Under the pieces are notes generated by a model, which was not told the origin of the DNA, ran no database searches, and saw nothing but the letters and a program-made list of their open reading frames with translations. A DNA stretch of 64,000 bases from an uncultured Chloroflexia bacterium (GTDB lineage: Bacteria > Chloroflexota > Anaerolineae > JAAYZQ01): contig CAVOXA010000001.1 of assembly GCA_963700285.1 (NCBI GenBank), positions 1,472,001-1,536,000 of the forward strand. The letters are read 5' to 3'. Shown here one piece after another: positions 8,779 to 19,559 of the stretch (the first letter of the stretch is position 1; the number at the start of each line of letters is the position of its first letter). Both the position numbers and the translations under genes were made by a program.

Positions 8779-9963
8779 CTACGCGCCGCCGCCAAACTCG
8801 AATGCTAGCTCTCGTACCCGCTGGCGATAGTAGGCAAAGTTCTCCCAGGAGATATCGGGGTGAACCAGGTGATCGACAAAAGGGATATAGCCCCCCTGCT
8901 GGAGCAAGGGTGGAAGTTTGGCTTCGAGTTCGGCGTCGATGGCATGCTTGCCCTTGGCCACCGCGTTTTTGTCCAGCCCAGCATAGATCTGCAATTGAGG
9001 ATATTCCCTGCGGATTTCCACTACATCACAGCCCGACTGTACCTCAAAGGGCAGCATGCCAGTCATGCCACATTCCAGAAAGAGGGGGATGAGCGACCGG
9101 CAGTCACCATCCGTATCCACGCAAAAATGACGCACGCCCTGGTCCCGCAGAAAGCCGATCAGACGTTTGTAGTAGGGCATCATAAACTGGCGAAACATGG
9201 CCGGGGAGATCATGGGGCCGTTCTTATAGCACATGTCCTCCCAGAACTCGGCGCTGTCCACATCTTTGACCTGCTGGAGCACGTGCCCATAGATCTCAAT
9301 CCAGAAGCCACACAGAAAGCTGGCCATGTCGTGAAGCAAGGTAGGGTTGTCATAATAAGCATAGAACAGGTTTACCTCTCCTATCAGTGCCCGCAGTGCT
9401 CCAAAGAAGCCGCAATAGCCGCTGGCGATGGACAGCGGGTAGTCGCGGCTTTGATATGCGACGACCAGATCGGCCCAGTTTGCTGGCAATCGTTCCTCAG
9501 GCCTGGATTGGAACCGTTCTGCTTTGAGCCGCTCCCAGTCGTCGCGGTTGCTTACCGGCCAGGCCAAGGGGTGTGGCACTGAGCCGGCATCTTTGCGCTG
9601 CTGCAGCGTCACACCGTCCTTGTTGCGGACCGTGACCGTTTCCTCGTCCTCGTCTAGTACCTCTTCCTGGAAGGGAGGCCAGACGAAATTCTGGAGGGGA
9701 ATGGTCTCCCGACCCCCGTCCAGGCCAACGGCGTCGGCGACATCTTCTGCGTCGGGAACATTCAGCACGCCGCTACGCCAGGCGGCCCCGGGTCCCGCCA
9801 GCGTCTCGCCGAACTCGACCGGCTTGGGTAGGCCCTTATTCGCGGATAGTCCTTCTTCGTACCAGCGCTCGATGGTCCCACCCCAGTATCCCCACTCCCA
9901 GAGCAGGGTGCGATCGCAGGGCTCGAAATCCATGACTGCCAGGAACCGCTCGCGTGTATTCAT
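8779..9963 (-). CDS. Uroporphyrinogen-decarboxylase-fold protein (MtaA/CmuA-like family)
   Basis: MNTRERF start, WEDMCYKNGPMISP, VDTDGD, PFEVQ, GLDK and GGYIPFVDH. Confidence 0.85.
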   Translation of the reverse strand: MNTRERFLAVMDFEPCDRTLLWEWGYWGGTIERWYEEGLSANKGLPKPVEFGETLAGPGAAWRSGVLNVPDAEDVADAVGLDGGRETIPLQNFVWPPFQEEVLDEDEETVTVRNKDGVTLQQRKDAGSVPHPLAWPVSNRDDWERLKAERFQSRPEERLPANWADLVVAYQSRDYPLSIASGYCGFFGALRALIGEVNLFYAYYDNPTLLHDMASFLCGFWIEIYGHVLQQVKDVDSAEFWEDMCYKNGPMISPAMFRQFMMPYYKRLIGFLRDQGVRHFCVDTDGDCRSLIPLFLECGMTGMLPFEVQSGCDVVEIRREYPQLQIYAGLDKNAVAKGKHAIDAELEAKLPPLLQQGGYIPFVDHLVHPDISWENFAYYRQRVRELAFEFGGGA

Positions 9964-10026
9964 GCAGAATCCCTTCCAACGTCCCATTGAAGCCCTTGCT
10001 TCAGATAGCTGTGGCAGTCCGCAGCC

Positions 10027-10830
10027 CTAGCGCGCAGTCCAGCCCAGATCCATTGACCAGGCACTGCCGGTGATGATGTTGCCTGTATCGGTGCACAAGT
10101 AGGCTACGAGATCGGCAACCTCCGCCGGTTCGATCAAGCGCTTGATTGCCGCGGGCTCTAGCATCACCTTCGCGATGACCTCCTCCCGGCTGATTCCTCG
10201 CAGGCGCGCCTGGTCAGCGATCTGGGATTCAACCAAAGGTGTGCGAACGTAGGCCGGACAGATAGCGTTGACGGTGATGCCGTAGGCGCCGCCTTCCAGT
10301 GCGGCTGTACGCGTCAGGCCGATGAGCCCGTGCTTGGCTGTGATGTAGCCGCTCTTAAAGGGCGATGCAACCAGGCCATGTATGGAGGAGATCTGGATGA
10401 CACGCCCCCAACGCTGGGCCTTCATCGCTGGCCAGGCGTACTTGGTCAGGAGGAACGGGGCGGTCAGCATGACGGCCATCATGCGATCCCAGGTATCCTC
10501 GGGGAAGTCCTCGATGGCGTCAACGTGCTGGAATCCGGCGTTGTTGACCAGGATGTGGACCGTGCCAAAGGCATGCAGTGTGCGATCGATCAGGGCTTGG
10601 CAGTCAGACCGGAGCGCCAGGTCGCATTCCACAAACATGCCGCCAATGCGCTCGGCCTGAGCGTGTCCAGCATCGGCCTGCAGGTCGGCGATGACTACCT
10701 GGGCGCCATCGGACGCGAGACGTTCAGCAACGGCCAGCCCAATGCCGCTGGCAGCGCCTGTCACCAGGGCCACCTTTCCCCGCAAGGCATTGCTCGCCAA
10801 CCGCTCATCCTGTTTAGAAACATCGCCCAT
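10027..10830 (-). CDS. bdhA: D-3-hydroxybutyrate dehydrogenase (SDR family)
   Basis: [41 protein letters not shown] and [14 protein letters not shown] are characteristic of this SDR subfamily. Confidence 0.88.
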   Translation of the reverse strand: MGDVSKQDERLASNALRGKVALVTGAASGIGLAVAERLASDGAQVVIADLQADAGHAQAERIGGMFVECDLALRSDCQALIDRTLHAFGTVHILVNNAGFQHVDAIEDFPEDTWDRMMAVMLTAPFLLTKYAWPAMKAQRWGRVIQISSIHGLVASPFKSGYITAKHGLIGLTRTAALEGGAYGITVNAICPAYVRTPLVESQIADQARLRGISREEVIAKVMLEPAAIKRLIEPAEVADLVAYLCTDTGNIITGSAWSMDLGWTAR

Positions 10831-10911
10831 CCTAGCACCTCGCTCAAGAGTCGTCGTACCAGGCCACGAGGGCCTGGAACGATGTCTCATGCTACGCGTC
10901 AGCTCAGCGCG

Positions 10912-13095
10912 TCACCGCTCTAGCTCGACGTAGATTGGACTGCTCCAGGCCATTGCCCCATCCCGCTGGATCACCCGCAGCCAGTAGGCATTGATGCCCT
11001 CCGTAGCTGAAGCGTCGCGGTAGGCAAAGCGTACCACGGACGGCCGCGGCCCCCGGGCGACCAGGGCTGCTGTGACACGCTGGCCCAGCCCTCCGGCCTC
11101 TACGGTCAAAGGCCCATCGGCCAGGTCCGCAGGCGTGAATGTAAAAGATGCTGGCTCGGTTTCGAAGGACAGGACCGCATCTTCGGGCGCGTCAAGGTCC
11201 AGGAAGAGTCCATCGGGATCACCAGCCGTGGATGATCTCCAGGAGATCTTGTTCTCCGTTTGATCGACGATCCCCTGATCAGGACTATCGAACGCGAAGG
11301 TCTCTGCGGAGAGGATGCGTCCACCCTGGAGGCTCAGCGAACCGTGCCAGATGGTTGGCCTAGCTCGCCATTTGCGCCGAGCGCCTTCCCACACCAACTT
11401 GAGCAAGGGACGCTCGTCCTCTTTGGGCTCCGCCAGCGGGTGGCTGTAAATCACTTCCAGCCCGCGACGCAACTCTACTGTTTCAAGCGGTGCTGTGCCC
11501 AGGACCTCGACCTTGATGAGAGGGGGCTGGGAGCAGATGATTTCAGAGCCCATGGGCTCGCCGTCAGCGCTCACCCGGAGGACGATGCGCTCTCCGGTCG
11601 TACCATAGCAGCGGCGTGCCCAGAATGCTTCCCACAGAGCCTCACGGGTCAAAGCCTCGGCATAGATCCCAACCAGACCCCCGCGCATGCCAAAGTGGAT
11701 GTCGGTGCCGGTGGGATAGGCAGCGCCTTGCCGTCCAGAGTGGTCATCGCTGCTGGCAATGAATCCGACGCGAAGCCCCCGCCGGAACGCGTCTTCGGCG
11801 AACCACTCGAAGACGCCATGGACTGAGGCAATCTCGATCAGGGGCGTGTGATCGGCATCGAAAAAGTCCAGGTTGGCATGGCGCCCTCCGATATGGGGGA
11901 TGACCATGACGTCGTCGCGTTCGCGCAGCGTCTCGTGCAGCTTGCTGATGGGGTAACGATCAGTCTCGATATCCGACTTGTCTGCAAGCTGGCCGTGGCT
12001 GGAGCGGTGCAGCGGCCCGTCGTCGCCCAGGTAGTAGACATTATGGTCTCCCCCGCCGGGTGTCAGCCCCGACCACTCGTAGGCCAGGAAGGTAACGTAG
12101 CGGCCTGGCTCGTGATAGCGCTTGATCAAGTCCTTGGTCTCTTGCCAATGCTCTCCGGTAACCCGCAGATCGTTGGCGCAGTGCGCTACAACGTCGAGAG
12201 CTGCAACGTCGCGGCCAAAAGCAAGGTACTCGTCCACGGTGCCTGTGCCGACTGTTGATTCTGTCTGCCCATGGATGTCGCCCCAGTAAAGCCGCACCTG
12301 GGGGGCGCTCTCGTAGCAGACGATGGGGTTGCTGGCTGCTTCCAACCCACCGTCCATGTCCCGTGCGAGGACTCGGTACACGCCTGGCCCTGGCAGGGTC
12401 AGCCCGGTGAAGCGGTGCGCACCTCGTTCCTCTAGCCGGAACCCGTGGGCCGGAAGGACGCTGGCCTCTCCCTCGACGGCCAGTTGTACGTTTCCCTGGT
12501 AGCCGTCGCTGGGGTTACCCAGGCAGTCTTCGGCTACCACCGTGACGGAAAAGGGCTCGCCCACCTCTACCTCCGATGGCGCGCGGACACAGAGTCTGTC
12601 AGCGGGACCGCCGATGAGGCGCAAGACGGGAGGGTCTGGCACCAGCTCAAATACGCCGTTGCCAAAGGGGTCCACCGCCATCCGGAATTCGTAGGTTTCC
12701 TCGCGAAAGGTCTGGGCTTTTGAGCCGGGACCGCCAAGGTTGGTGTCGCCGAACGTGATCTTGACCACGTCGCCGGGCGCCAGGGCGCCGTCACGCACGT
12801 CGATCACCAGCGCCCGCTTCCAGGGCCGGACAAAAACGTTCGTGTCCCAGTGCATCGGCAAACGGGCTTGCCCTGAAGTCCAGGCGGTCGTGTATTCGGC
12901 CTCCTCCGGCCGGTCAAACTGGGGCACGCCCCAGTTTGAAGCCAGACGGCGGGCGATGAGTATTCTCGCGCTGTCGTCCATGCCATGATAGCCCACCGTA
13001 TAGGTGATGGTCCAGGTTCCTATGGTGCCAGCGACAACGTCACCCGCTGGATCGATGGTTGCCCGTCCGTAGGTTGGGATCTCCTCGGTTGTCAT
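10912..13095 (-). CDS. DUF3604 / PHP-like metallohydrolase with N-terminal Ig-like domains
   Basis: YWGDIHGQT, AYEWS, DHNVY, IPHIGGR, EIASVHG, GFIASSDDHSG, RRCYGTTG and AWSSPI. Confidence 0.8.
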   Translation of the reverse strand: MTTEEIPTYGRATIDPAGDVVAGTIGTWTITYTVGYHGMDDSARILIARRLASNWGVPQFDRPEEAEYTTAWTSGQARLPMHWDTNVFVRPWKRALVIDVRDGALAPGDVVKITFGDTNLGGPGSKAQTFREETYEFRMAVDPFGNGVFELVPDPPVLRLIGGPADRLCVRAPSEVEVGEPFSVTVVAEDCLGNPSDGYQGNVQLAVEGEASVLPAHGFRLEERGAHRFTGLTLPGPGVYRVLARDMDGGLEAASNPIVCYESAPQVRLYWGDIHGQTESTVGTGTVDEYLAFGRDVAALDVVAHCANDLRVTGEHWQETKDLIKRYHEPGRYVTFLAYEWSGLTPGGGDHNVYYLGDDGPLHRSSHGQLADKSDIETDRYPISKLHETLRERDDVMVIPHIGGRHANLDFFDADHTPLIEIASVHGVFEWFAEDAFRRGLRVGFIASSDDHSGRQGAAYPTGTDIHFGMRGGLVGIYAEALTREALWEAFWARRCYGTTGERIVLRVSADGEPMGSEIICSQPPLIKVEVLGTAPLETVELRRGLEVIYSHPLAEPKEDERPLLKLVWEGARRKWRARPTIWHGSLSLQGGRILSAETFAFDSPDQGIVDQTENKISWRSSTAGDPDGLFLDLDAPEDAVLSFETEPASFTFTPADLADGPLTVEAGGLGQRVTAALVARGPRPSVVRFAYRDASATEGINAYWLRVIQRDGAMAWSSPIYVELER

Positions 13096-13129
13096 AACTA
13101 TCTGTCCTCCTGTGTGAGGGCCGGCAAGC

Positions 13130-14530
13130 TCATACTACGACGCAGTCGATACCCAGCAGCGCTGCCGCCTTTTCCAGTGTTCCCGCCCAGCGGCCATAGG
13201 CCAGGGCCTGATGGTGCGAGCCGCCTTCGAGGCTAAAGCGCGTCAAGAAATCGCTCAGATCACTCTCAGGCCTGAACTTGTAGTGCGGTCGCTCCAGACT
13301 GGGGACATAGGGGAAATCGACGATCTCGCCCTCGGTTACGATAAACTTGAGCTTGCCGTTGGCCAGGGTAGTGAGACTGACCAGGGTCGCCACGCCAGGC
13401 TCCAGGCTGAAGGCCAGCAGCAGTGGGTTTACCCGCAGGTCGACGAGACCCAGGTTGCTGCGTAGCACGTGTACAGGCTCGTCGGCACGCGCCATCTTCC
13501 AATTTCCCTCGCCCATGTGCATCATCAGGGCCGCATTGCCGGCAAAGTCCATGGTGAACATCTCGGTGAAGTTGGCCGCTCCGGCCAGCTCCACCATCAT
13601 GGCTACTGCCGCCGCGCTGGTCACGTCACCCTCACCTCCAAAGCCATAGCCCTCACCCAGCAACTTGGCGGCGGCCAGGAAGGGCAGCGTGTCCAGCCAG
13701 CCGTCTTCGGCAATGGCCATAAAGTGGGCGGCAAAGCCGTGCATGCCTCGCTTTTGGAGTATTTCGCGCAATGCCCACTCTATCCGGGAGCTGGCTTCGT
13801 GTTCCTCCTTGGTAATGCTGTCTTGGAACTGAAAGCTCTCCCGGTCCTGAGCCATTTGCTGCTCGATCTCGCTCTGTGGCGCGGCCTTGGCCCGCTCGGC
13901 CAAAGCCTTGGCGGCGATATGGCGGATCTCCACGCCGAGCTGGCTGAGAAATGCCGTCTCATCCAGGCCAAAATCGCCCATGCCCTCCATGGGATAGCCG
14001 ACCAGCCCAATGCGTACCTTGCTCATAAAGGAGGCGATCCGTGCTGCGTCGCACCAAGCCTTGACCTCTGCCAGCGCCCGCTCATCCTGGTAGTGGCCGG
14101 TCACGATCTGGAAATTTTGCCCCGCGCGCAGCAGCACGTTGGCCAGGTCCTGTACCCCGTGCATGCCGTGATTCTTGGTCGTCTCCATGGCCTCCGTCTC
14201 GGAGGTGATGGCATACAGGCGCTGGGTGTTGAAAAGGAGGATGGGCAGCCGGGTGTGCAGCAGTGCAGGTAGGGCGATGTGGCTGGGCGCGTACGTCAGC
14301 AATACGACGACGACCAGATCCTTGCCCTTGGCTTCAAAAGCGTCGATGGCCCCGTCCACTTGCTCTCGACTGTTGCAGACGCCGGGAAAGTCTACCTCGG
14401 CAAAGGGCGACATGGTCTCTGCCAACTCTGCTGCGAAATCGGCCATCATCGGCTTGAGCTGGGGCATGCGGTCGTACAGATCGAACATGAGGCCCAGTAG
14501 GCCCACTTTTGCTTTCTTGCTTTGGGTCAT
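13130..14530 (-). CDS. L-arabinose isomerase / L-fucose isomerase family protein
   Basis: NHGMHG.QD, GFGGEGD, FTEM, MHMGE and GGSHHQAL match AraA-like catalytic Glu/His motifs. Start MTQSKK after an AGGAG RBS. Confidence 0.82.
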   Translation of the reverse strand: MTQSKKAKVGLLGLMFDLYDRMPQLKPMMADFAAELAETMSPFAEVDFPGVCNSREQVDGAIDAFEAKGKDLVVVVLLTYAPSHIALPALLHTRLPILLFNTQRLYAITSETEAMETTKNHGMHGVQDLANVLLRAGQNFQIVTGHYQDERALAEVKAWCDAARIASFMSKVRIGLVGYPMEGMGDFGLDETAFLSQLGVEIRHIAAKALAERAKAAPQSEIEQQMAQDRESFQFQDSITKEEHEASSRIEWALREILQKRGMHGFAAHFMAIAEDGWLDTLPFLAAAKLLGEGYGFGGEGDVTSAAAVAMMVELAGAANFTEMFTMDFAGNAALMMHMGEGNWKMARADEPVHVLRSNLGLVDLRVNPLLLAFSLEPGVATLVSLTTLANGKLKFIVTEGEIVDFPYVPSLERPHYKFRPESDLSDFLTRFSLEGGSHHQALAYGRWAGTLEKAAALLGIDCVVV

Positions 14531-14582
14531 GGTCAACTCCTTTAACTTGACATATCTCTTCTGGTTTCGGTTCTTTGGTCCG

Positions 14583-15893
14583 TTACTCTGGCAAGTGGAA
14601 GAATCGTACGGCGTTGTCATGCAGCAGCTTGCGGGCGAGCACGATGGCCTCATCTTCAATCAGGTAGCCGGCTTCAACCTTTTCAGCCAGCACCTGGGCG
14701 ACATTGCTGCGAGCCATTCTAGAGTGCGCATAGCTGCCCTCGACAAAGATATAGTCGCCGCCGAAAGCAAAGATCTTGTTGGCCGGCAGCGTCTCGATCC
14801 ATTCGTGAAGCGTCTGCCTGGCGACCCATGGTGAGATAATATGTACCCAGCAGAGGTCGGCGTAGGCGTTGGGAAAGTTCTTGACCAGGGCTGCGACTTC
14901 ACCCTGGTAGGGATAGCCGGCGTGGAACAGGTCAAAGCGGGCCTCCTGGTACTCGACCAGTAGGTTGGTCAGGTGCAGTGGGTTGGCGTTGGATAGAAAG
15001 TTGGCGTTGCCTTCCTGCAGGCCGGTGTGGACCTGGATGGGCAGATGGTGTTCGATGGCCCGCCGCACTACCTGATGCATCAGATAGTCTTGCAGGGGTT
15101 TGGCTTCGGCCCAGGACACGGGCGGCAACTGGCTGCCATCGACATGGTCGAAAGGGTAGCGGTGCAGCCGGTTAAAGACCCGCTCTGCATCAGCCCTGAT
15201 GACCTTCTCAAAGTAGAGTGAGCGACTGTAAGCCAAGCCAACTTTGAGCCCGACCACGCCCGCCGCGAGCCCTCGCTCCAAGACCGCATCCATGGCCGCC
15301 AGCAGGTCGTCGAGGCTGTGGATGGCCACGCCGGTCTTTTGCTCCAGCCTTCTCAGCTCGACCGCGTTACAGGGAGTTATGTACTCGCCCATCGGTAGCA
15401 CGGGCGCAAAGAGTTCGCGGTCGATCTCTTCCAATGGCGTTGGGTCGATTTCCTCGAGGGGGTGCAGGATCGAGAGCTCGATGTTGGCCCGTTCTTGGAG
15501 CACATAACGGTACCAACCCTCGCGGTTCGATGCAGAGATCTTTTCCGAGAGTTCTTGGTAGGTCGCCTCATTGATGTCCGGGACGTCGAACAGGTCACGG
15601 GCGGCCAGGAGCAGGGCGCGGCCATAGCCCGTGGTGCGCACCTCTTTCCAATAGGGCGTGAATGCAGCCCAGCGTTCGTCGAGGGGTCTGTTAGGGTTAC
15701 GTATGTCCTCCAGGGTCTCCTCAGGCATCCCCGCCGACACGAGGTCGCTGGAGGCATAGTGGGAGAACCAGTAGAACAGGTCGATCTCCTGGCTCAGCCG
15801 CGCCTTTTCGCTCATCAGGTGCTCGTGCGTGTTGAGCAGGGCGATGTCTTCTATCTCTTCTTGGATACGTCTGTGAACCTCTGTTGCCTGCAT
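14583..15893 (-). CDS. Amidohydrolase-superfamily protein (uronate-isomerase-like / amidohydrolase_2)
   Basis: NTHEH, QVHTG, FHAGYP, DLCW and FGGD. Confidence 0.82.
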   Translation of the reverse strand: MQATEVHRRIQEEIEDIALLNTHEHLMSEKARLSQEIDLFYWFSHYASSDLVSAGMPEETLEDIRNPNRPLDERWAAFTPYWKEVRTTGYGRALLLAARDLFDVPDINEATYQELSEKISASNREGWYRYVLQERANIELSILHPLEEIDPTPLEEIDRELFAPVLPMGEYITPCNAVELRRLEQKTGVAIHSLDDLLAAMDAVLERGLAAGVVGLKVGLAYSRSLYFEKVIRADAERVFNRLHRYPFDHVDGSQLPPVSWAEAKPLQDYLMHQVVRRAIEHHLPIQVHTGLQEGNANFLSNANPLHLTNLLVEYQEARFDLFHAGYPYQGEVAALVKNFPNAYADLCWVHIISPWVARQTLHEWIETLPANKIFAFGGDYIFVEGSYAHSRMARSNVAQVLAEKVEAGYLIEDEAIVLARKLLHDNAVRFFHLPE

Positions 15894-15937
15894 CTTGCCT
15901 CCCCTTTCTGTCCGGAAAGAGTTTGGGTCAATGTCAA

Positions 15938-17647
15938 TTACACGTTGAGCCCCTGCATTAACTGCCGGTAGCGGTCCTGCGCCTCCTCGACCGAGATTTC
16001 CTGGAAGCGTACCCTGCTTTTTCCAGGCAGGCACTGGGCCAGTAGGGGTATGTCAGCGCTGGCCACCACGCCGATCTTGGGGTACCCCCCAGTGGTCTGG
16101 CGATCGGCCATCATCACAATGGGCTGCTGGTCGGCCGGCACCTGGATGGCGCCCAGGACGATGCCATCGGAGACAATGTCCGCTGAAGCTTTCTGGTCTG
16201 GGCCCTGATGGCTGACGGTCGGGCCCTGCAGTCGATAGCCCATGCGATCGGCGGTGGGGCTAACCAGATACTGGTTGCCGAAGAATGCTTCAAGCCCCGC
16301 AGTGCTGAAGGCCTCGCTTTGTGGACCAGGAATGACCGCCACCGTGGGCTCGTCGCTGTAGGCCGGCAGCAGGCGCTGCAACCGGATCGGATCTCTCGAC
16401 AGCTCTCGGGCTGCCCCGGCTGGCAGATGCCCACCGGCTGTGACCGGGCCTATCGGCAGAACATCGCCGGTTTTCAGCGCTCGTCCCTCCATTCCCCCAA
16501 ATCCACCACGCAGGTAGGTGGCCGCAGAGCCCAGCACTGGCGGCACGGCGATCCCGCCGGCTACGGCCAGGTAGGCCCGGCAGCCGCTCTTCAGGCCGCT
16601 AAAGTCTATCTGCCAGCCTCTCCTGACAAAGGCTGACATCCAGATAGGGATGGGCCGACCGTTTACCCGTAGCCCCAGATCGGCGCCACCCACCGCAATG
16701 AGGCAATCGGCAGTGGCCCGCAGCGTAGGTCCGGCGATGGTAATCTCCAATCCGGCCGCGCCGGGTGGGTTGCCCACGAGGCGGTTGGCGGCCTGCAGGG
16801 CAAAGAGATCCATGGCCCCAGCGACCGGGACGCCCACAGCCTCGTGGTTCCGCCGGCCAAGGTCCTGTACCGTGGTGAGTAGTCCGGGCTGAATGACCTC
16901 CAGGTTGGGGCCCTCTGGGCTTGGTACGGCTGGGCTAACTGGCTCGCGAGTTCCCCATTCCTGTTCCCAGAGCTCCTCAAAGCCTTGGGGATCGATGGGC
17001 ACGAATCGTACCCGGTCGCCTGGTTGCAGAAGGGCCGGTGGCTCACGCCTTGGATCAAAGAGACGCAGGGGAGTGCGGCCGATTAGTTGCCAGCCGCCTG
17101 GCGTGGCAATGGGATAGATCCCGGTTTGCTTTCCAGCGATGCCTACGGAGCCTCCCGGTACCTCGGTGCGTGGGCTGGAGAGGCGGGGCGTGGCGATGGC
17201 CGGAGAAAGGCCGCCTAGATAGGCAAAGCCAGGCGAAAAGCCCAGCATGTACACCGGGTAGAGGGTTGAGGTGTGTCGCTGGATGACGTCTTTGGGACTC
17301 AGGCTGTTGTGATGGGCGACAAAGTCCAGATCGATACCGAACTCGCCGCCGTAGCAGACGGGCACCTCCACCACCCGGGGCTCTACGGTGACCTTCTCTT
17401 GTGCCCGAGCCAGGGCCGCCTGGCCAAAGGCGCTGACCTCGGCGTAGGTCAGGCGTCCAGGGTCATAGTGCAGGAGCAGGGAGCGGTAGGTAGGTACCGC
17501 TTCGCCCAGACCTGGCAGCGGCAAGGCGCGCACGGCTTGGGCCAGCGCGTGGGCGCGGGCGTTGATCTCCAGATCGACCTCATCGCCGAACTCGATCAAT
17601 AGGGCCGAGTCGCCGGCCGGCTGAAAGCGGGGTGGGTCGTATCGCAT
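15938..17647 (-). CDS. pxpBC: Fused 5-oxoprolinase subunits B+C (KipI/KipA-like)
   Basis: PxpB part: AGDSALL, VPTYRS, GFSPGFAYLG, PGGWQLIGRT. PxpC part: TTVQDLGR, GAMD, DRMGYRL, QTTGGYPKI. Both are in one frame. Confidence 0.92.
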   Translation of the reverse strand: MRYDPPRFQPAGDSALLIEFGDEVDLEINARAHALAQAVRALPLPGLGEAVPTYRSLLLHYDPGRLTYAEVSAFGQAALARAQEKVTVEPRVVEVPVCYGGEFGIDLDFVAHHNSLSPKDVIQRHTSTLYPVYMLGFSPGFAYLGGLSPAIATPRLSSPRTEVPGGSVGIAGKQTGIYPIATPGGWQLIGRTPLRLFDPRREPPALLQPGDRVRFVPIDPQGFEELWEQEWGTREPVSPAVPSPEGPNLEVIQPGLLTTVQDLGRRNHEAVGVPVAGAMDLFALQAANRLVGNPPGAAGLEITIAGPTLRATADCLIAVGGADLGLRVNGRPIPIWMSAFVRRGWQIDFSGLKSGCRAYLAVAGGIAVPPVLGSAATYLRGGFGGMEGRALKTGDVLPIGPVTAGGHLPAGAARELSRDPIRLQRLLPAYSDEPTVAVIPGPQSEAFSTAGLEAFFGNQYLVSPTADRMGYRLQGPTVSHQGPDQKASADIVSDGIVLGAIQVPADQQPIVMMADRQTTGGYPKIGVVASADIPLLAQCLPGKSRVRFQEISVEEAQDRYRQLMQGLNV

Positions 17648-17734
17648 TCCGGTTTCCTCAATGAGTAGTGAGCATGCTCACACGCGAGCGGACCCCTAGG
17701 ACCCTTTGGCTTCCTGAGGATGCCTCCCTCGGAG

Positions 17735-18493
17735 CTAGGCTGCCAGCGATGTCACTTCCACGCCAGCCTCGATCAGGGCCTGGCGGATGGTCTGGGCGAT
17801 GGTCAGGGCAGTGGGGGTGTCGCCGTGGACGCAAAGGGTCTCGGCTTGCACCGGCACTTGCTGGCCGCTGTAGGCTGTGACCAGACCATCTCGCGCGATG
17901 CTCAGTGCCTGCTCCGCAGCTTGGGCTGGATCGTGCAGTACGGCGCCGGGCAGGTGACGGGGCCGCAGCGAACCGTCGTCTTCGTAGGCCCGGTCGGCAA
18001 ATGTCTCGCGGGCAACCGACAAGCCGACCTCCTGCCCGGCTTGGATCAGCAGCGAATTGGCCAGTCCTACCAGGATGAGTGCGGGATCGAAGCGAGCTAC
18101 TCCGCGGGCGATGGCCTCGGCCAGGGTACGGTCCTTGGCTGCCAGGTTGTACAGCGCGCCGTGAGGCTTGACATGCACCAAAGTGGCCCCGGCGGCCCGG
18201 ACAAAGCCTGCCAACGCGCCGACCTGATACAGGATGAATGCCTCGGCCTCCTCCGGGCTGAGGTGCATGACCCGGCGCCCAAAGCCCTGCAGGTCAGGAA
18301 AGCCTGGATGCGCTCCGATGCCAACGCCGTGGTCCCTGGCCGTCCTCACCGTACGTTCCATTACCAGGGGATCGCTGGCGTGAAGGCCACAGGCAATGTT
18401 GGCCGAAGTAATATACGGCATCAAGGCGGCGTCTGTTCCCAGCGTATATCGACCAAAACTCTCGCCCATGTCACAATTGAGGTCGATCTTCAT
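17735..18493 (-). CDS. pxpA: 5-oxoprolinase subunit A (LamB/YcsF)
   Basis: MKIDLNCDMGESFG, SANIACG.HA, GAHPGFPD, HVKPHGALYN, FADRAY and CVHGD. Confidence 0.95.
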   Translation of the reverse strand: MKIDLNCDMGESFGRYTLGTDAALMPYITSANIACGLHASDPLVMERTVRTARDHGVGIGAHPGFPDLQGFGRRVMHLSPEEAEAFILYQVGALAGFVRAAGATLVHVKPHGALYNLAAKDRTLAEAIARGVARFDPALILVGLANSLLIQAGQEVGLSVARETFADRAYEDDGSLRPRHLPGAVLHDPAQAAEQALSIARDGLVTAYSGQQVPVQAETLCVHGDTPTALTIAQTIRQALIEAGVEVTSLAA

Positions 18494-18536
18494 GGTCACC
18501 TCCCCTCGCAAGACTCCTGTACTACGGTCCGAGCGG

Positions 18537-19364
18537 TCACGCTTCAGCGTCTGCCCACGCCTGGCGCACAAAGTCAACGGCTGTCTTGATGCCTGCCTGG
18601 CCCGTCCCACTGGCTTCCTCGATGCAGATCCAGCCGTCAAATCCCCTGCTTCGCAGGAGCGCAAAGATCTCTGCAAAAGGAACCAGGCCAGTGCCGATCA
18701 CAGTCGGTTCCAGGGTTCCGCGCGTGTTGGTATCTGCTGCATGCACGCTCACCATCCGATCCATCACCTGGTCGAGAACCGGCAGCGGATCATCTCCGGC
18801 AACCAGGGTATTGGCGGTATCGAAATTGATGCCAAGCGCCGTGCCGGCTGTGGCCCCGACGATGGCCAGAAAGATGTCCGTAGGATGGGCAAAGTCGGCA
18901 TAGTCCCAAACGCCCGGCTTGGAATGGTTCTCGAACACAAGCTGGATGCCATGCTTATCCGCAACAGGGAGGGCGCTGGTCAGCCCCTCGATGGCCCACG
19001 TGAGCCCCTTATCTCGCTCTGTTTCAGGGTGAGCCTGGCCCGCCGTGGCGCGCACCATGGCGGCGCCAAGAGCAGCAGCGGCAGCGATATGTTGCTCGAG
19101 GCGGGTTGCCTCGCGCACTCGGACCTCTGCGCTCGGATTGGTAAAGTCGGGATAGGTGGTGACCATGGCCACCCTCATCCCCGCAGCTTCGATCTCCCGT
19201 CGCAAGGCGCTCAAATCGCTTGGATCGAGACCCTCGACGAAGAGGATGCTGAGATCGACGGCATCCAACCCTACGCTGGCCGCCTCGCGGGCCCACTGTC
19301 CGACCGACATGGTACCGCCAATGATCTGTCTAAAGTAGGATACCGGCAGACAACTGAGTTTCAT
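18537..19364 (-). CDS. Sugar-phosphate isomerase/epimerase, xylose-isomerase-like TIM barrel
   Basis: FENH, NFDTAN, VHAAD, IGTG.VP and GWICIEE. Confidence 0.85.
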   Translation of the reverse strand: MKLSCLPVSYFRQIIGGTMSVGQWAREAASVGLDAVDLSILFVEGLDPSDLSALRREIEAAGMRVAMVTTYPDFTNPSAEVRVREATRLEQHIAAAAALGAAMVRATAGQAHPETERDKGLTWAIEGLTSALPVADKHGIQLVFENHSKPGVWDYADFAHPTDIFLAIVGATAGTALGINFDTANTLVAGDDPLPVLDQVMDRMVSVHAADTNTRGTLEPTVIGTGLVPFAEIFALLRSRGFDGWICIEEASGTGQAGIKTAVDFVRQAWADAEA

Positions 19365-19559
19365 ATTCCCCTCTCGATGTAGTCAAGAACACCCACAAAG
19401 CTCGAAGGTTACCTTCCTAATGTGTGAAGGTCGCCCTCTTCCTGCTCGCAGGGCTTCCCTTAGATGGGTGAAGGTCTCTCGACCGAGCCCAATGCGCCTC
19501 GATCATCAGTCCGGGTCTGAAGACAGACCATTGGCGAACAAGCGCTTGATCTGGCAAGC

